A model generated the notes under the pieces. That model made no database searches. It was not told the origin of the DNA and saw only the letters and a list, made by a program, of their open reading frames with translations. From Atopobiaceae bacterium (GTDB lineage Bacteria > Actinomycetota > Coriobacteriia > Coriobacteriales > Atopobiaceae): a DNA stretch of 64,000 nt. Of this stretch, positions 1 through 8,496 are shown piece by piece (the stretch's first letter is position 1; every line of letters starts with the position of its first letter). The translations under genes and the position numbers were made by a program. Location: assembly GCA_017533825.1 (NCBI GenBank), contig JAFWIE010000058.1, positions 17,728 to 81,727 on the forward strand, written 5' to 3'.

Positions 1-1109
1 GGGTGAAGCTCGGTACGAATCTCTGCTACGGCATTCGCAACCGGCGTAGCGATGCCGTAGGCGGGCTCCGTCTCGTACGCATTGCTCACATTCGTAACGC
101 AGGTGAGGGGTATCTTGTCGATGCGTCGTGCCGCCTCAACCAAGTTGCCCATGCGGTCGCCCACGTTTGAGCCAAGCGCAACGAATCCCTGACGTTGATC
201 GGCACGCGAAACCGCCCAGTATGCGGTAAGTGCCCTGAAGGCCGCCTTCACGTCATGCACGCGCAGCACGCGTGCCCCGCATTCTACGGCCGAAAGGCAC
301 ATGCCCATGGTCGCTGCATCTCGCTCAATCGGCTCGCACGTTCCCGTCACGGCACCAACGAAGCGCTTGCGCGATACGGCAGTCATCACGTGGTAGCCCA
401 TCGAGACGAGCTTCCTCGTATTGCGCTGGATGATGACGTCCTCGTCCGTCCCCTTCTGGAATCCCGCACCTGGATCAACGCAAATGCGGTCATGGGAAAC
501 GCCCGCGCGCATGAGCGTACGGGCCTGATCACCGAGGAACCCCATGACCTCACGCATGACGGGCATCTCGTCCGGCAACGTAAAGCGTCGAGCACTAGGC
601 ATCGTACGACGCGCCGGCAAGCTCGTGTCCAGACGTACCGAACGCCGTGAGTTCTTGCCCGACTTCTGATTCCAGTGCATGACCACGACGCCGCAGTCCC
701 ATTCCGCGACGACGTCCACCATGTCCTGCTCGGTAAAGCCCGAGACGTCATTGATGATGGAGGCACCGAGCTCCAAGCAAGTCTGCGCAACTTGTGCGTG
801 ACGCGTATCGACCGAGACGATAGCCCCGTGCTCGCACAAGGCCTCGACAACCGGAGCGATTCGATCAAGCTCCTCCTCGGGATCGATCGGCTCATGACCC
901 GGACGCGTGGACTCTCCCCCGACGTCGATGATGTCGGCACCATCGTCGAGCATGGAGAGACCGTAGGCTATGGCAGCCTCGGCATCCAAGTGCTCCCCGC
1001 CATCAGAGAACGAATCCGGCGTCACGTTGAGTACACCCATGATGCGCGGACGCACCAGAGAGATGTCGTTACTCCCACATCTCCAGCTGTTGTAGTTGTC
1101 GCGTAGCAT
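1..1109 (-). CDS. folP: Dihydropteroate synthase fused in frame to HPPK (FolP-FolK); the 3' end runs off the left edge
   Basis: Absent from the ORF track because there is no stop in the window. Manual minus-strand translation from the ATG at 1109 gives MLRDNYNSWRCGSNDISLVRPRIMGVLNVTPDSFSDGG..DIIDVGGESTRPG..SVDT..INDVSG..DPGAGFQK..SRKRF..RVHDV (DHPS motifs). It continues without a stop into GFVALGSNVGDRMGNL..NAYETEPAYG (HPPK N-terminus). AAAGGA lies 7 nt upstream of the ATG. Confidence 0.8.
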   Translation of the reverse strand, partial: MLRDNYNSWRCGSNDISLVRPRIMGVLNVTPDSFSDGGEHLDAEAAIAYGLSMLDDGADIIDVGGESTRPGHEPIDPEEELDRIAPVVEALCEHGAIVSVDTRHAQVAQTCLELGASIINDVSGFTEQDMVDVVAEWDCGVVVMHWNQKSGKNSRRSVRLDTSLPARRTMPSARRFTLPDEMPVMREVMGFLGDQARTLMRAGVSHDRICVDPGAGFQKGTDEDVIIQRNTRKLVSMGYHVMTAVSRKRFVGAVTGTCEPIERDAATMGMCLSAVECGARVLRVHDVKAAFRALTAYWAVSRADQRQGFVALGSNVGDRMGNLVEAARRIDKIPLTCVTNVSNAYETEPAYGIATPVANAVAEIRTELH

Positions 1110-1216
1110 CCCATATCCTTTGAGTATGCATCAATTCGTATGATTCTAACTGTTTTTTGTGCGCGGTGACAAACATGAGGGCGAACGGCACCTGACTCCG
1201 GTATGAGGGCCACTCT

Positions 1217-1954
1217 TTACCAGTCAAACGTCTTCGCAATGTCGCATGCGAGCACCAAGTCGGCAGATGAGTCCTGTGGGGTGGGCTGCAGGTTACAGAT
1301 CACGAGCTGATTCCCCCGGAAGTAGCGCACAAGTCCCGCCGCCGGATACACCACCAGCGAGGTACCACCGATGATGAGCATGTCAGCCGTGGCGATGGCG
1401 CGCACCGCGCCCTCGATCACGCGCTCGTCGAGCCCCTCCTCGTACAGAACAACATCGGGCTTCACCTCGCCCCCACAACGCTCGCAGTGGGGCACACCCG
1501 TGGTGTCGAGCACCCACTCCGCGGAATACACCGCCCCGCAGCGTCGGCAGATGTTCCTGTGGACGGATCCGTGCAGTTCCCACACGCGCCGAGAACCGGC
1601 CAGCTGATGCAGGCCATCTATGTTCTGCGTCACCACGGCACTCACCTTGCCCTGCGCCTCCAGCTCGGCAAGCTTGCGATGCGCCTGACACGGCTGGGCG
1701 TCGAGCGCGATCATGCGCGTCCTGTAGAAGTCGAAGAATTCCTTCGTATGCGTCTCGTAGAAGCTATGCGAGAGCATCGTCTCGGGCGGATAGGCAAACC
1801 GCTGGTGATACAAACCATCAGGAGACCTGAAGTCGGGAATGCCGCTCGCTGTGCTCACTCCGGCCCCGCCAAAGAACACCACCTTGCCCGCGCGTTCCAC
1901 GCGACTCTTCAGCTCCTGTGCCGCCTCTCGCTCGTCGGTAATTGTGTATGCCAT
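1217..1954 (-). CDS. cobB: NAD-dependent protein deacylase (Sir2/CobB family)
   Basis: ORF 1217..2221. The internal start MAYTITDE at 1954 is preceded by GGAAGGAGA. Motifs GAGVSTASGIPDFRS, TQNIDGLH and two CxxC pairs (CRRCG, CERCGG). Confidence 0.85.
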   Translation of the reverse strand: MAYTITDEREAAQELKSRVERAGKVVFFGGAGVSTASGIPDFRSPDGLYHQRFAYPPETMLSHSFYETHTKEFFDFYRTRMIALDAQPCQAHRKLAELEAQGKVSAVVTQNIDGLHQLAGSRRVWELHGSVHRNICRRCGAVYSAEWVLDTTGVPHCERCGGEVKPDVVLYEEGLDERVIEGAVRAIATADMLIIGGTSLVVYPAAGLVRYFRGNQLVICNLQPTPQDSSADLVLACDIAKTFDW

Positions 1955-2037
1955 GGTATCTCCTTCCTTTTGCGAGACGCGTGAACTGTAGCACAAAGAC
2001 CTACAATGCCAAACGTAGCGACACGAAGGAGACCCGC

Positions 2038-2892
2038 ATGCACGAGCACACCTACGATCAAACCCATGTTCCGCAGTCGCCCTACGGGTGTGACGTGCAC
2101 ACCCACACGCTGTTCTCGCGCCATGCGTACTCCACCGTCGGAGAATGTGTGAGCGCGGCACGCAGCGCGGGACTCCAACTCTTGGGCTCCACCGACCACT
2201 ACTCGTGCATGACCAGCACAACCCTGCACGTGCGCGACTATCAGTACTTCATCAACTTCGACGTTTGGCCACGGATGTGGAGCGGCGTTCTCGTGCTCCG
2301 TGGTGCGGAGGCAGACATCGTAGACCTCGAGGGGCATCTCTTCGGATGGGACATCCGCCTGAGTGAGGGAATCACGGGCAGGGCGTTCAGTCATCAACTG
2401 ACCCTGCAGGAATACGTATGGCGCAATCTCGACTATGCGATTGCAAGCATACATGACAAGACGTTTACCGAGTCTGCGACCTGCACACAGACCACCGATA
2501 TGTACGTGCGGGCACTTGATGACCCCAAGGTGCTCATCTTGGGTCACTCCGGACGTTCCGGTGTCCCCTTCGACGTTGACGTCGTGCTACGCGCGGCCAA
2601 GGAGCGTGGCAAGCTCATCGAAATCAACGAGCATAGCTTCGCACAACACTACGGCTCGACCACCCACGACACATGCCGCCACATCGCCGAGCGGTGTGCC
2701 GAGCTCGGCGTCATGATCGCCACCGGTACAGACGCACACATCGCATGCGACGTCGGCAGATTCGACAAGACTGCCGCGCTCCTTGAGGAGATTCACTTCC
2801 CATTGGAACTCATTGCCACGCGTGACGCGCAGACGTTCCTGCAGACATGCGAGCATGCGATCGGCCCCCTTCCGGCAGGACGTCCGCAATAG
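2038..2892 (+). CDS. PHP-domain metal-dependent phosphoesterase (YcdX/histidinol-phosphatase-like)
   Basis: ORF 1942..2892. ATG at 2038 follows AAGGAGA. CDVHTHTLFSRHAY, GSTDH, GHSGR and TGTDAH are typical PHP histidine/aspartate clusters. Confidence 0.7.
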   Translation: MHEHTYDQTHVPQSPYGCDVHTHTLFSRHAYSTVGECVSAARSAGLQLLGSTDHYSCMTSTTLHVRDYQYFINFDVWPRMWSGVLVLRGAEADIVDLEGHLFGWDIRLSEGITGRAFSHQLTLQEYVWRNLDYAIASIHDKTFTESATCTQTTDMYVRALDDPKVLILGHSGRSGVPFDVDVVLRAAKERGKLIEINEHSFAQHYGSTTHDTCRHIAERCAELGVMIATGTDAHIACDVGRFDKTAALLEEIHFPLELIATRDAQTFLQTCEHAIGPLPAGRPQ

Positions 2893-2967
2893 GCGATTCT
2901 TCGTCCAAAAGTCAGTTTTATTTGTTACCATGCCAAGAACCATAGACCACGATGGAAGGAGTGCCAC

Positions 2968-4590
2968 ATGGCTTGGTACGACGAAGCCGTTTTTTATCAC
3001 ATCTACCCTCTAGGCCTCACCGGCGCTCCGAAGCAGAACGACTATGGGACGCCCGTTCACCGGCTCCTTACACTCGTACCGTGGATTGACCACATCAAAC
3101 GTCTGGGATTCACCGCCCTCTACATCGGTCCCCTCTTCCAATCGGTAGGTCATGGCTACGAGACCACCGACTATCGAACCTTGGACAGCCGCCTCGGCAC
3201 GAACGAGGACCTCGCTTCCTTCGTCCGCTCGTGCCACGAGGCTGGCATCAAGGTCGTGTTTGACGGGGTCTTCAATCACACCGGTCGCGACTTCTTTGCG
3301 TTCCAAGACCTGCGCACCAACCGCGAGGGTTCCCCGTACCGTGACTGGTACTGCAACGTGAACTTCTGGGGCAACAACGAGTACAACGACGGATTCTCCT
3401 ACGACAACTGGGGCGGATACGATCTTTTGGCCAAGCTCAACCAGCGCAACCCCGCCGTACGCGACTACCTCTGTGACGTGGTGCGCTACTGGGTAAACGA
3501 GTTCGACGTCGATGGCATTCGCCTCGATACCGCCGACGTTCTGGACTTCGACTTCATGAGGGCACTCCGCCACACCGCCGACTCCGTCAAGCCCGACTTC
3601 TGGCTCATGGGCGAGGTCATCCACGGCGACTACTCCCGCTGGGCAAACGAGCACACGCTGCACAGCGTCACCCACTACACACTGCACAAGGCCCTCTACA
3701 GCGGTCACAACGACCACAACTACTTCGAGATCGCCCACACCGTCACGCGCAGCAATGGCATGATGCCCCCAGATGTCCGGCTTTACAACTTCGTGGACAA
3801 TCACGATGTTGAACGCATAAGCACGAAGCTTCTCAACAAGGCCCACTACCTGCCGGTACACATCCTTCTCTACACGCTGCCCGGCATCCCTTCGGTCTAC
3901 TACGGCAGCGAGTTCGGCATCGAGGGGCGCAAGGAGCGCTTCTCCGACGACTCGCTCCGTCCGGCCATCGACCTTAAGAGCCATGCGGACGACTACGAGT
4001 CCAACCCCTGCACCAAACTCATCGCCGCCTTGGGAGCACTTCACGCCACTTGGCGGACCGACCTCGTGTACGGATTGTATCGTGAGCTGTGTCTCACGAC
4101 CGAGCAGTTCGCCTATGCCCGCGGACGCCTCATCGTCGCCGTCAACAACGCCGAGCACGAGGCTACCATCGAGGTGCGTGCCGACGCGACTTCCTACGTG
4201 GGGCTGCTTGGGGGTACGCAGATAGACGTCGAGGACGGATTGCTGCACATCGTGCTACCCCCCTGCGGCGGCGAGATATACGCACCCGTCTGCGACGAGG
4301 ACGAGCGCGTGGAGCAACTGGGCGATGCCGAGCTTCTGGAGGCGTTCGTACCAGCAGAGAAGCCAGAGCTCGATTCCGAGTCGGGAGTGGAGACGTCGGG
4401 CTCACCCGCCGAAGATCTGCCCGTCGAGGTTCCCAGCATCCCGCTCGAACAGATGACGGTGGAGCAGCTTCAGGCAGTCATTCTCTCCAAAATGGCAGCC
4501 AATGGCCCCGTCACCGACCAGATGCGCAGGGACGTGACGAACAACATCTGGCCCGACTCGCTTCTTAACTGGGCAAAGAGCTTCCGATAG
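2968..4590 (+). CDS. Glycoside hydrolase family 13 (alpha-amylase / neopullulanase-like) with an acidic C-terminal extension
   Basis: 540-aa ORF with GGAAGGAG RBS. GH13 conserved regions VFDGVFNHTG, GIRLDTADVL, WLMGEVIHGDY and FVDNHDVERI. Confidence 0.85.
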   Translation: MAWYDEAVFYHIYPLGLTGAPKQNDYGTPVHRLLTLVPWIDHIKRLGFTALYIGPLFQSVGHGYETTDYRTLDSRLGTNEDLASFVRSCHEAGIKVVFDGVFNHTGRDFFAFQDLRTNREGSPYRDWYCNVNFWGNNEYNDGFSYDNWGGYDLLAKLNQRNPAVRDYLCDVVRYWVNEFDVDGIRLDTADVLDFDFMRALRHTADSVKPDFWLMGEVIHGDYSRWANEHTLHSVTHYTLHKALYSGHNDHNYFEIAHTVTRSNGMMPPDVRLYNFVDNHDVERISTKLLNKAHYLPVHILLYTLPGIPSVYYGSEFGIEGRKERFSDDSLRPAIDLKSHADDYESNPCTKLIAALGALHATWRTDLVYGLYRELCLTTEQFAYARGRLIVAVNNAEHEATIEVRADATSYVGLLGGTQIDVEDGLLHIVLPPCGGEIYAPVCDEDERVEQLGDAELLEAFVPAEKPELDSESGVETSGSPAEDLPVEVPSIPLEQMTVEQLQAVILSKMAANGPVTDQMRRDVTNNIWPDSLLNWAKSFR

Positions 4591-4600
4591 CCACACATAC

Positions 4601-4668
4601 GCCCTTTGGCGCCATCGCCCCCTCGCATCGGCTCTCACCCACGCGAGGGGGCGATGGCGCCAAAGGGC
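4601..4668. terminator. Bidirectional terminator-like hairpin with a perfect 26-bp stem
   Basis: gccctttggcgccatcgccccctcgc (4601..4626) pairs perfectly with gcgagggggcgatggcgccaaagggc (4643..4668). It lies between convergent genes. Confidence 0.6.
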
Positions 4669-4685
4669 GCGTTTCGACTGATGCT

Positions 4686-5768
4686 CTACAGGCTCAGCTC
4701 GTAGACGTAGTCGTCCATCTCGAAGCCGCCACCGATGTCGGTGCGGCGTGTCCCCGTGCGCTCAAAGCCCAGGTGCTCATAGGCAAGGATTGCCTGGTAG
4801 TTGTTGCGATTCACGTTGAGCGTCACTCGATCACAACCGAGCTTGCGGGCACGCTGCAGGACCAAGCCCATCATGGAATGCGCATACCCCTTGCCACGCT
4901 CCTCCTTGAGGAGATAGAACTTGCTCAGGTACAGGCTCCCGTCCGTCTGGACGCAAACCGCAAGGAACCCGATGGGCCTCACCTTTCTGCGCTGCCCATC
5001 ATCAGCCTGGGGTTCGCGCGGTGGAAAGACGAAGTAGTACTCGTAGCCCTCTTCAATCTGCACCGCGATTGCCTCCGGCGATTGGAAGCGTGCGATCATG
5101 TAGTCATTTTGCTCGGGCCCAACAATCGGGTCGAAGTGCTCGCGCACGATGCGGGTGGCAAGCGACGACATGGCACGCACCGCACGCTCGTCATCACCAG
5201 CGAGCCGCTTGAAGCGGCAGCGAGGCCGCGACGCGCCGTCTTTGCGCACGGCCGCCTCAGCAGTTGCGTCTTGCACTTCTTCGCCTGTTTTCAGCGACCG
5301 CGCAAGCTCGATGCTCTGACGCAGCTGACGCGCCTGAGCGGCGCGCGTGCGCTTGTCGGTACCGGCATAGCCCTTGGCGCGAGCCTCGCGCTCCGCCTGT
5401 GCAAGGGCATCGTCTGCCTGCAATTCAACCGCGTCCAAGGGATCGTCTGCGTTCACGTTGGTGAGGCGCAGAAGCCCAGCACGGAACATGACAAGCTCCG
5501 CCGCGTTGAACCCGATAAAGCCGGCGAGGAGTCCCACGCATGCGAGCAAGGCAGTCGCATCTGTCACCTGCCTCAGCAATGCCATGACCCCGACGGCAAG
5601 GGTTGTCGCCACCAAGAAGGCAATGGTCACCAGCCATTGAGGTCGCACGGCAAACGATGCCCCGCACTCCTTGCATGACGTGGGCAAGTGCCAGCTCAGG
5701 CCCACCGGTGTCCCGCACTTTCGACAGCACCGGTCTCCGCTCACGTTCGCTTTAGTCGCCTTGCGCAT
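4686..5768 (-). CDS. Zinc-ribbon / two-TM / GNAT N-acetyltransferase fusion protein
   Basis: 360-aa ORF with GGAG RBS. N-terminal CCRKCG..CKECG, then hydrophobic segments (VTIAFLVATTLAVGVMALL, LLACVGLLAGFIGF). C-terminal GNAT core LLKEERGKGYAHSMMGLVLQRARKLGCDRVTLNVNRNNYQAILAYEHLGFE. Confidence 0.7.
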   Translation of the reverse strand: MRKATKANVSGDRCCRKCGTPVGLSWHLPTSCKECGASFAVRPQWLVTIAFLVATTLAVGVMALLRQVTDATALLACVGLLAGFIGFNAAELVMFRAGLLRLTNVNADDPLDAVELQADDALAQAEREARAKGYAGTDKRTRAAQARQLRQSIELARSLKTGEEVQDATAEAAVRKDGASRPRCRFKRLAGDDERAVRAMSSLATRIVREHFDPIVGPEQNDYMIARFQSPEAIAVQIEEGYEYYFVFPPREPQADDGQRRKVRPIGFLAVCVQTDGSLYLSKFYLLKEERGKGYAHSMMGLVLQRARKLGCDRVTLNVNRNNYQAILAYEHLGFERTGTRRTDIGGGFEMDDYVYELSL

Positions 5769-5777
5769 GGGTACTCC

Positions 5778-6563
5778 TTACAGTCGGATGGTAAGCTCAA
5801 CAGGACAATGATCCGATCCGTACACCTCGTTCAGAATGGAAGCACCCGTCACGCGGTCGGCAATCGATTCGCTCACGAGGAAGTAGTCGATGCGCCATCC
5901 CGCATTCTTCTGTCGAGCGCGGAACCGGTAGCTCCACCAGCTATACGCCCCCTCGAGGTCGGGATGGCGTGCGCGGAACGTGTCGACGAGGCCAGAGTCG
6001 AGCAGCTTCGTGAAGCTCTCGCGCTCCTCGTCCGAGAATCCCGCATTGCCACGATTCGGACCTGGGTTCTTGAGGTCAATCTCCTCGTGGGCCACGTTGA
6101 AGTCCCCGCAGGTAACGACAGGCTTCTCCTGCGCCAATTCCGAGAGGAACTCACGGAAGCGCTCGTCCCAGGCCAGACGCGTGTCGATGCGCTTGAGCTC
6201 GTTCTGCGCGTTGGGCGTGTACACGTTCACGAACCAATACGTGGGAAACTCGAGGGCACAGATGCGTCCCTCGTCATCAGCCACCTCGCACCCAATGTGA
6301 TGCCTCACGCTGAGAGGCTCCTCCCGACTCCACACAGCCGTGCCCGAGTAGCCCTTGCGCTCGGCGAAGCTCCACGTCTGGTGATACCCGGGGAACTCAA
6401 TGCCCAGTTTGGCGCGCTGATCGTCCTGAAGCTTGGTCTCTTGAATGGCAAACACGTCGGCGTTCATGACGTGGAAGATCTCCTCGAAGCCAGGCTCCTT
6501 CTTGAGCACGGCACGCAGTCCGTTGACGTTCCACGACACCAGGCGCAGCTCGTCGTAAGCCAT
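5778..6563 (-). CDS. xth: Exodeoxyribonuclease III
   Basis: ORF 5778..6629. The start MAYDELRLVSWNVNGLRA at 6563 follows GGAAGGAGA. Motifs QETK, GDFNVAH and SDHCPV. Confidence 0.9.
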   Translation of the reverse strand: MAYDELRLVSWNVNGLRAVLKKEPGFEEIFHVMNADVFAIQETKLQDDQRAKLGIEFPGYHQTWSFAERKGYSGTAVWSREEPLSVRHHIGCEVADDEGRICALEFPTYWFVNVYTPNAQNELKRIDTRLAWDERFREFLSELAQEKPVVTCGDFNVAHEEIDLKNPGPNRGNAGFSDEERESFTKLLDSGLVDTFRARHPDLEGAYSWWSYRFRARQKNAGWRIDYFLVSESIADRVTGASILNEVYGSDHCPVELTIRL

Positions 6564-6619
6564 TTCATCTCCTTCCAAGTCGCAACATAATGGCTGTTTG
6601 TGATTTGACCTCTGCAATC

Positions 6620-7498
6620 CTAAACGCATAAATCGAGTGGCAAGTCAGAAATGTCTTTGAGCCTTCGCCCCATGATCAATGCTTCCAAGGCATCAAGTGA
6701 ATCATCAACACCGCGTTCCTGCGAATATTGCTCCACTGCCTGTTGAAGCTCATACAGCGCGACATGATAAACACAATCGATATCTCCGGTACCAAGCGCC
6801 AATGAAGCCAGCCTTGAGGGCAGCGGTTCACCCGTGACTACGACAATATGAGGAAGGCGCCCCTTTCGATTGCGTATGAGGTTAAGTGCCTCTGTTCTAC
6901 TGTTTTGCGCTCGATCTGAACGAATGGTCCATTTTGCTGAAATTGATGCATGCAGAATGGGTTTACCTCCGTTTGACGCCCTCAAATCCGCTGCACCAGC
7001 TATTCCATCTTCAACAATCGTTTTACCCTCATTCATGTCATCATCGGAAACAAGCCCTCGCCAAACCACAATATCAGGAGAGACAACGTAGTCATTACCT
7101 ATCGCCATCCGAAGCTCGCTATCCTTCTCAACCATAGCTGCGAGATGAGCAAGATGTTCATACTGCGCGAATCCTTCGGCAATCCTATGACCTCGATTAC
7201 CGAGATTTGCCACATGCCAATCTCCCGGCCTCAATTGCTGTAGCTCACGAAATGTCCTCGCTATATAATCTGCAAGCTCACGCTCAAACACGGCACCGCT
7301 TGTTTGCCCACGCAGTTTTTTTCCACGAGGGGCGTCTAATATACGAGCTAAATGCAGTGCTATTTCTCGTGATGACCTGCTGCTCAAATCTGCATTGGAG
7401 GCTACTTCCCCATCCACAACCAACAAACCTGACTCGCATAGCCGCGTATGAAACAGATTTCTCTCAAATGCCAGCAACGAAGGACTCATATGAGACAT
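6620..7498 (-). CDS. Type II restriction endonuclease, NgoMIV/Cfr10I-like (CCGG-core family)
   Basis: ORF 6620..7594 in lower-GC DNA. Contains SPDIVVW (PD), SISAKWTIRSDRAQNSRTE = SxK, then R-S-D-R at K+4..K+7 and E at K+14. This matches my recollection of NgoMIV (D140, K187, R191-S-D-R194, E201). Start is either ATG 7498 or ATG 7489; the latter forms an ATGA overlap with the methylase stop. Confidence 0.6.
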   Translation of the reverse strand: MSHMSPSLLAFERNLFHTRLCESGLLVVDGEVASNADLSSRSSREIALHLARILDAPRGKKLRGQTSGAVFERELADYIARTFRELQQLRPGDWHVANLGNRGHRIAEGFAQYEHLAHLAAMVEKDSELRMAIGNDYVVSPDIVVWRGLVSDDDMNEGKTIVEDGIAGAADLRASNGGKPILHASISAKWTIRSDRAQNSRTEALNLIRNRKGRLPHIVVVTGEPLPSRLASLALGTGDIDCVYHVALYELQQAVEQYSQERGVDDSLDALEALIMGRRLKDISDLPLDLCV

Positions 7499-8427
7499 CT
7501 CGCAATCTCTCGTGCAACCGCCTCCGCGACTGGAGGAGGAAATGCATTTCCGATTTGTCGATAGGCTTTTGTTTTTCCCTTTCCGAAGTCCCATTCGTCA
7601 GGAAAGCCCTGAATTCGTGCGACCATGCGTGTCGTAAGGCGGGGCATTCCAACAAAGTCTTGGTCAGGTGCGGCATCAGCAATACCCTTACCATCTACAC
7701 CCAATGCAGCCCAAGCCCGCTTAGCTCGCACTGGACCAAGGTCGGGACCACCATGTTTAGTTGATCCTCCAACTACAGTTGGAGCAATACGATTGGCTCC
7801 ATCTGCCCAAATCTTTGCCTGCCGCCATGACCTCTCCTCCATGAGATCCAATAGCGTCTCTCCCACTGTAGGAGCTTCGCCATAAGCATCTGTGGACGGA
7901 AATACAAAATCCCTCTGAACGTCACGGCGCAGACCTACAATCACCACGCGGGGCCTGAGCTGTGGAACTCCGTAGTCCGAGGCATTTAGCAGGCTAATCC
8001 ACACTCGATACCCCATACGATTCAATTCGGCTAGAATCGCTTTGCGATAATCATCAAACTTTGACGTGAGCAAACCACGTACGTTCTCAAACATCACCGC
8101 ACGAGGATGAATATCATCGACAAGCCGTAACGCGTAAGGAAACATATCGCGCTCATCGTCTGCACCCAATCCCTTCCCCGCTATTGAGAATGGGGGACAT
8201 GGAACACCGCCAGCAAGCAAATCGATGCCTTCATACTCCGACCCGTCAAATTCGCGCAAATCCGCATTGATTACATTCCAGTCCGGCCGATTACGTAAGA
8301 GAGTCGCACAATAATCGGCCTCAATCTCAACCAGACCAACGTGCGTGAAGCCCGCCCGTGACGTTCCAAGAGCTTGCCCACCCGCACCGGCGCAAATCTC
8401 TAACACTTCTAGATTCTTTCTCGCCAA
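7486..8427 (-). CDS. dcm: DNA (cytosine-5)-methyltransferase
   Basis: 313-aa ORF with C5-MTase motifs: I LEICAGAGG, IV GGVPCPPFSIAG, VI ENV, VIII QLRPR, X NAFPPP. Confidence 0.9.
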   Translation of the reverse strand: MARKNLEVLEICAGAGGQALGTSRAGFTHVGLVEIEADYCATLLRNRPDWNVINADLREFDGSEYEGIDLLAGGVPCPPFSIAGKGLGADDERDMFPYALRLVDDIHPRAVMFENVRGLLTSKFDDYRKAILAELNRMGYRVWISLLNASDYGVPQLRPRVVIVGLRRDVQRDFVFPSTDAYGEAPTVGETLLDLMEERSWRQAKIWADGANRIAPTVVGGSTKHGGPDLGPVRAKRAWAALGVDGKGIADAAPDQDFVGMPRLTTRMVARIQGFPDEWDFGKGKTKAYRQIGNAFPPPVAEAVAREIARCLI

Positions 8428-8496
8428 CTAAACCCACCCCCAATCTTTCTGATTCGAAAACATACAACGAAGACGGGACTACAATGCATCCAACGA

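Noticed and set aside
6600-8450. Possible mobile element carrying the R-M genes
   Set aside because: No transposase, integrase, terminal inverted repeats or target duplications are visible. Only the compositional shift supports horizontal origin, so I did not call a mobile element.
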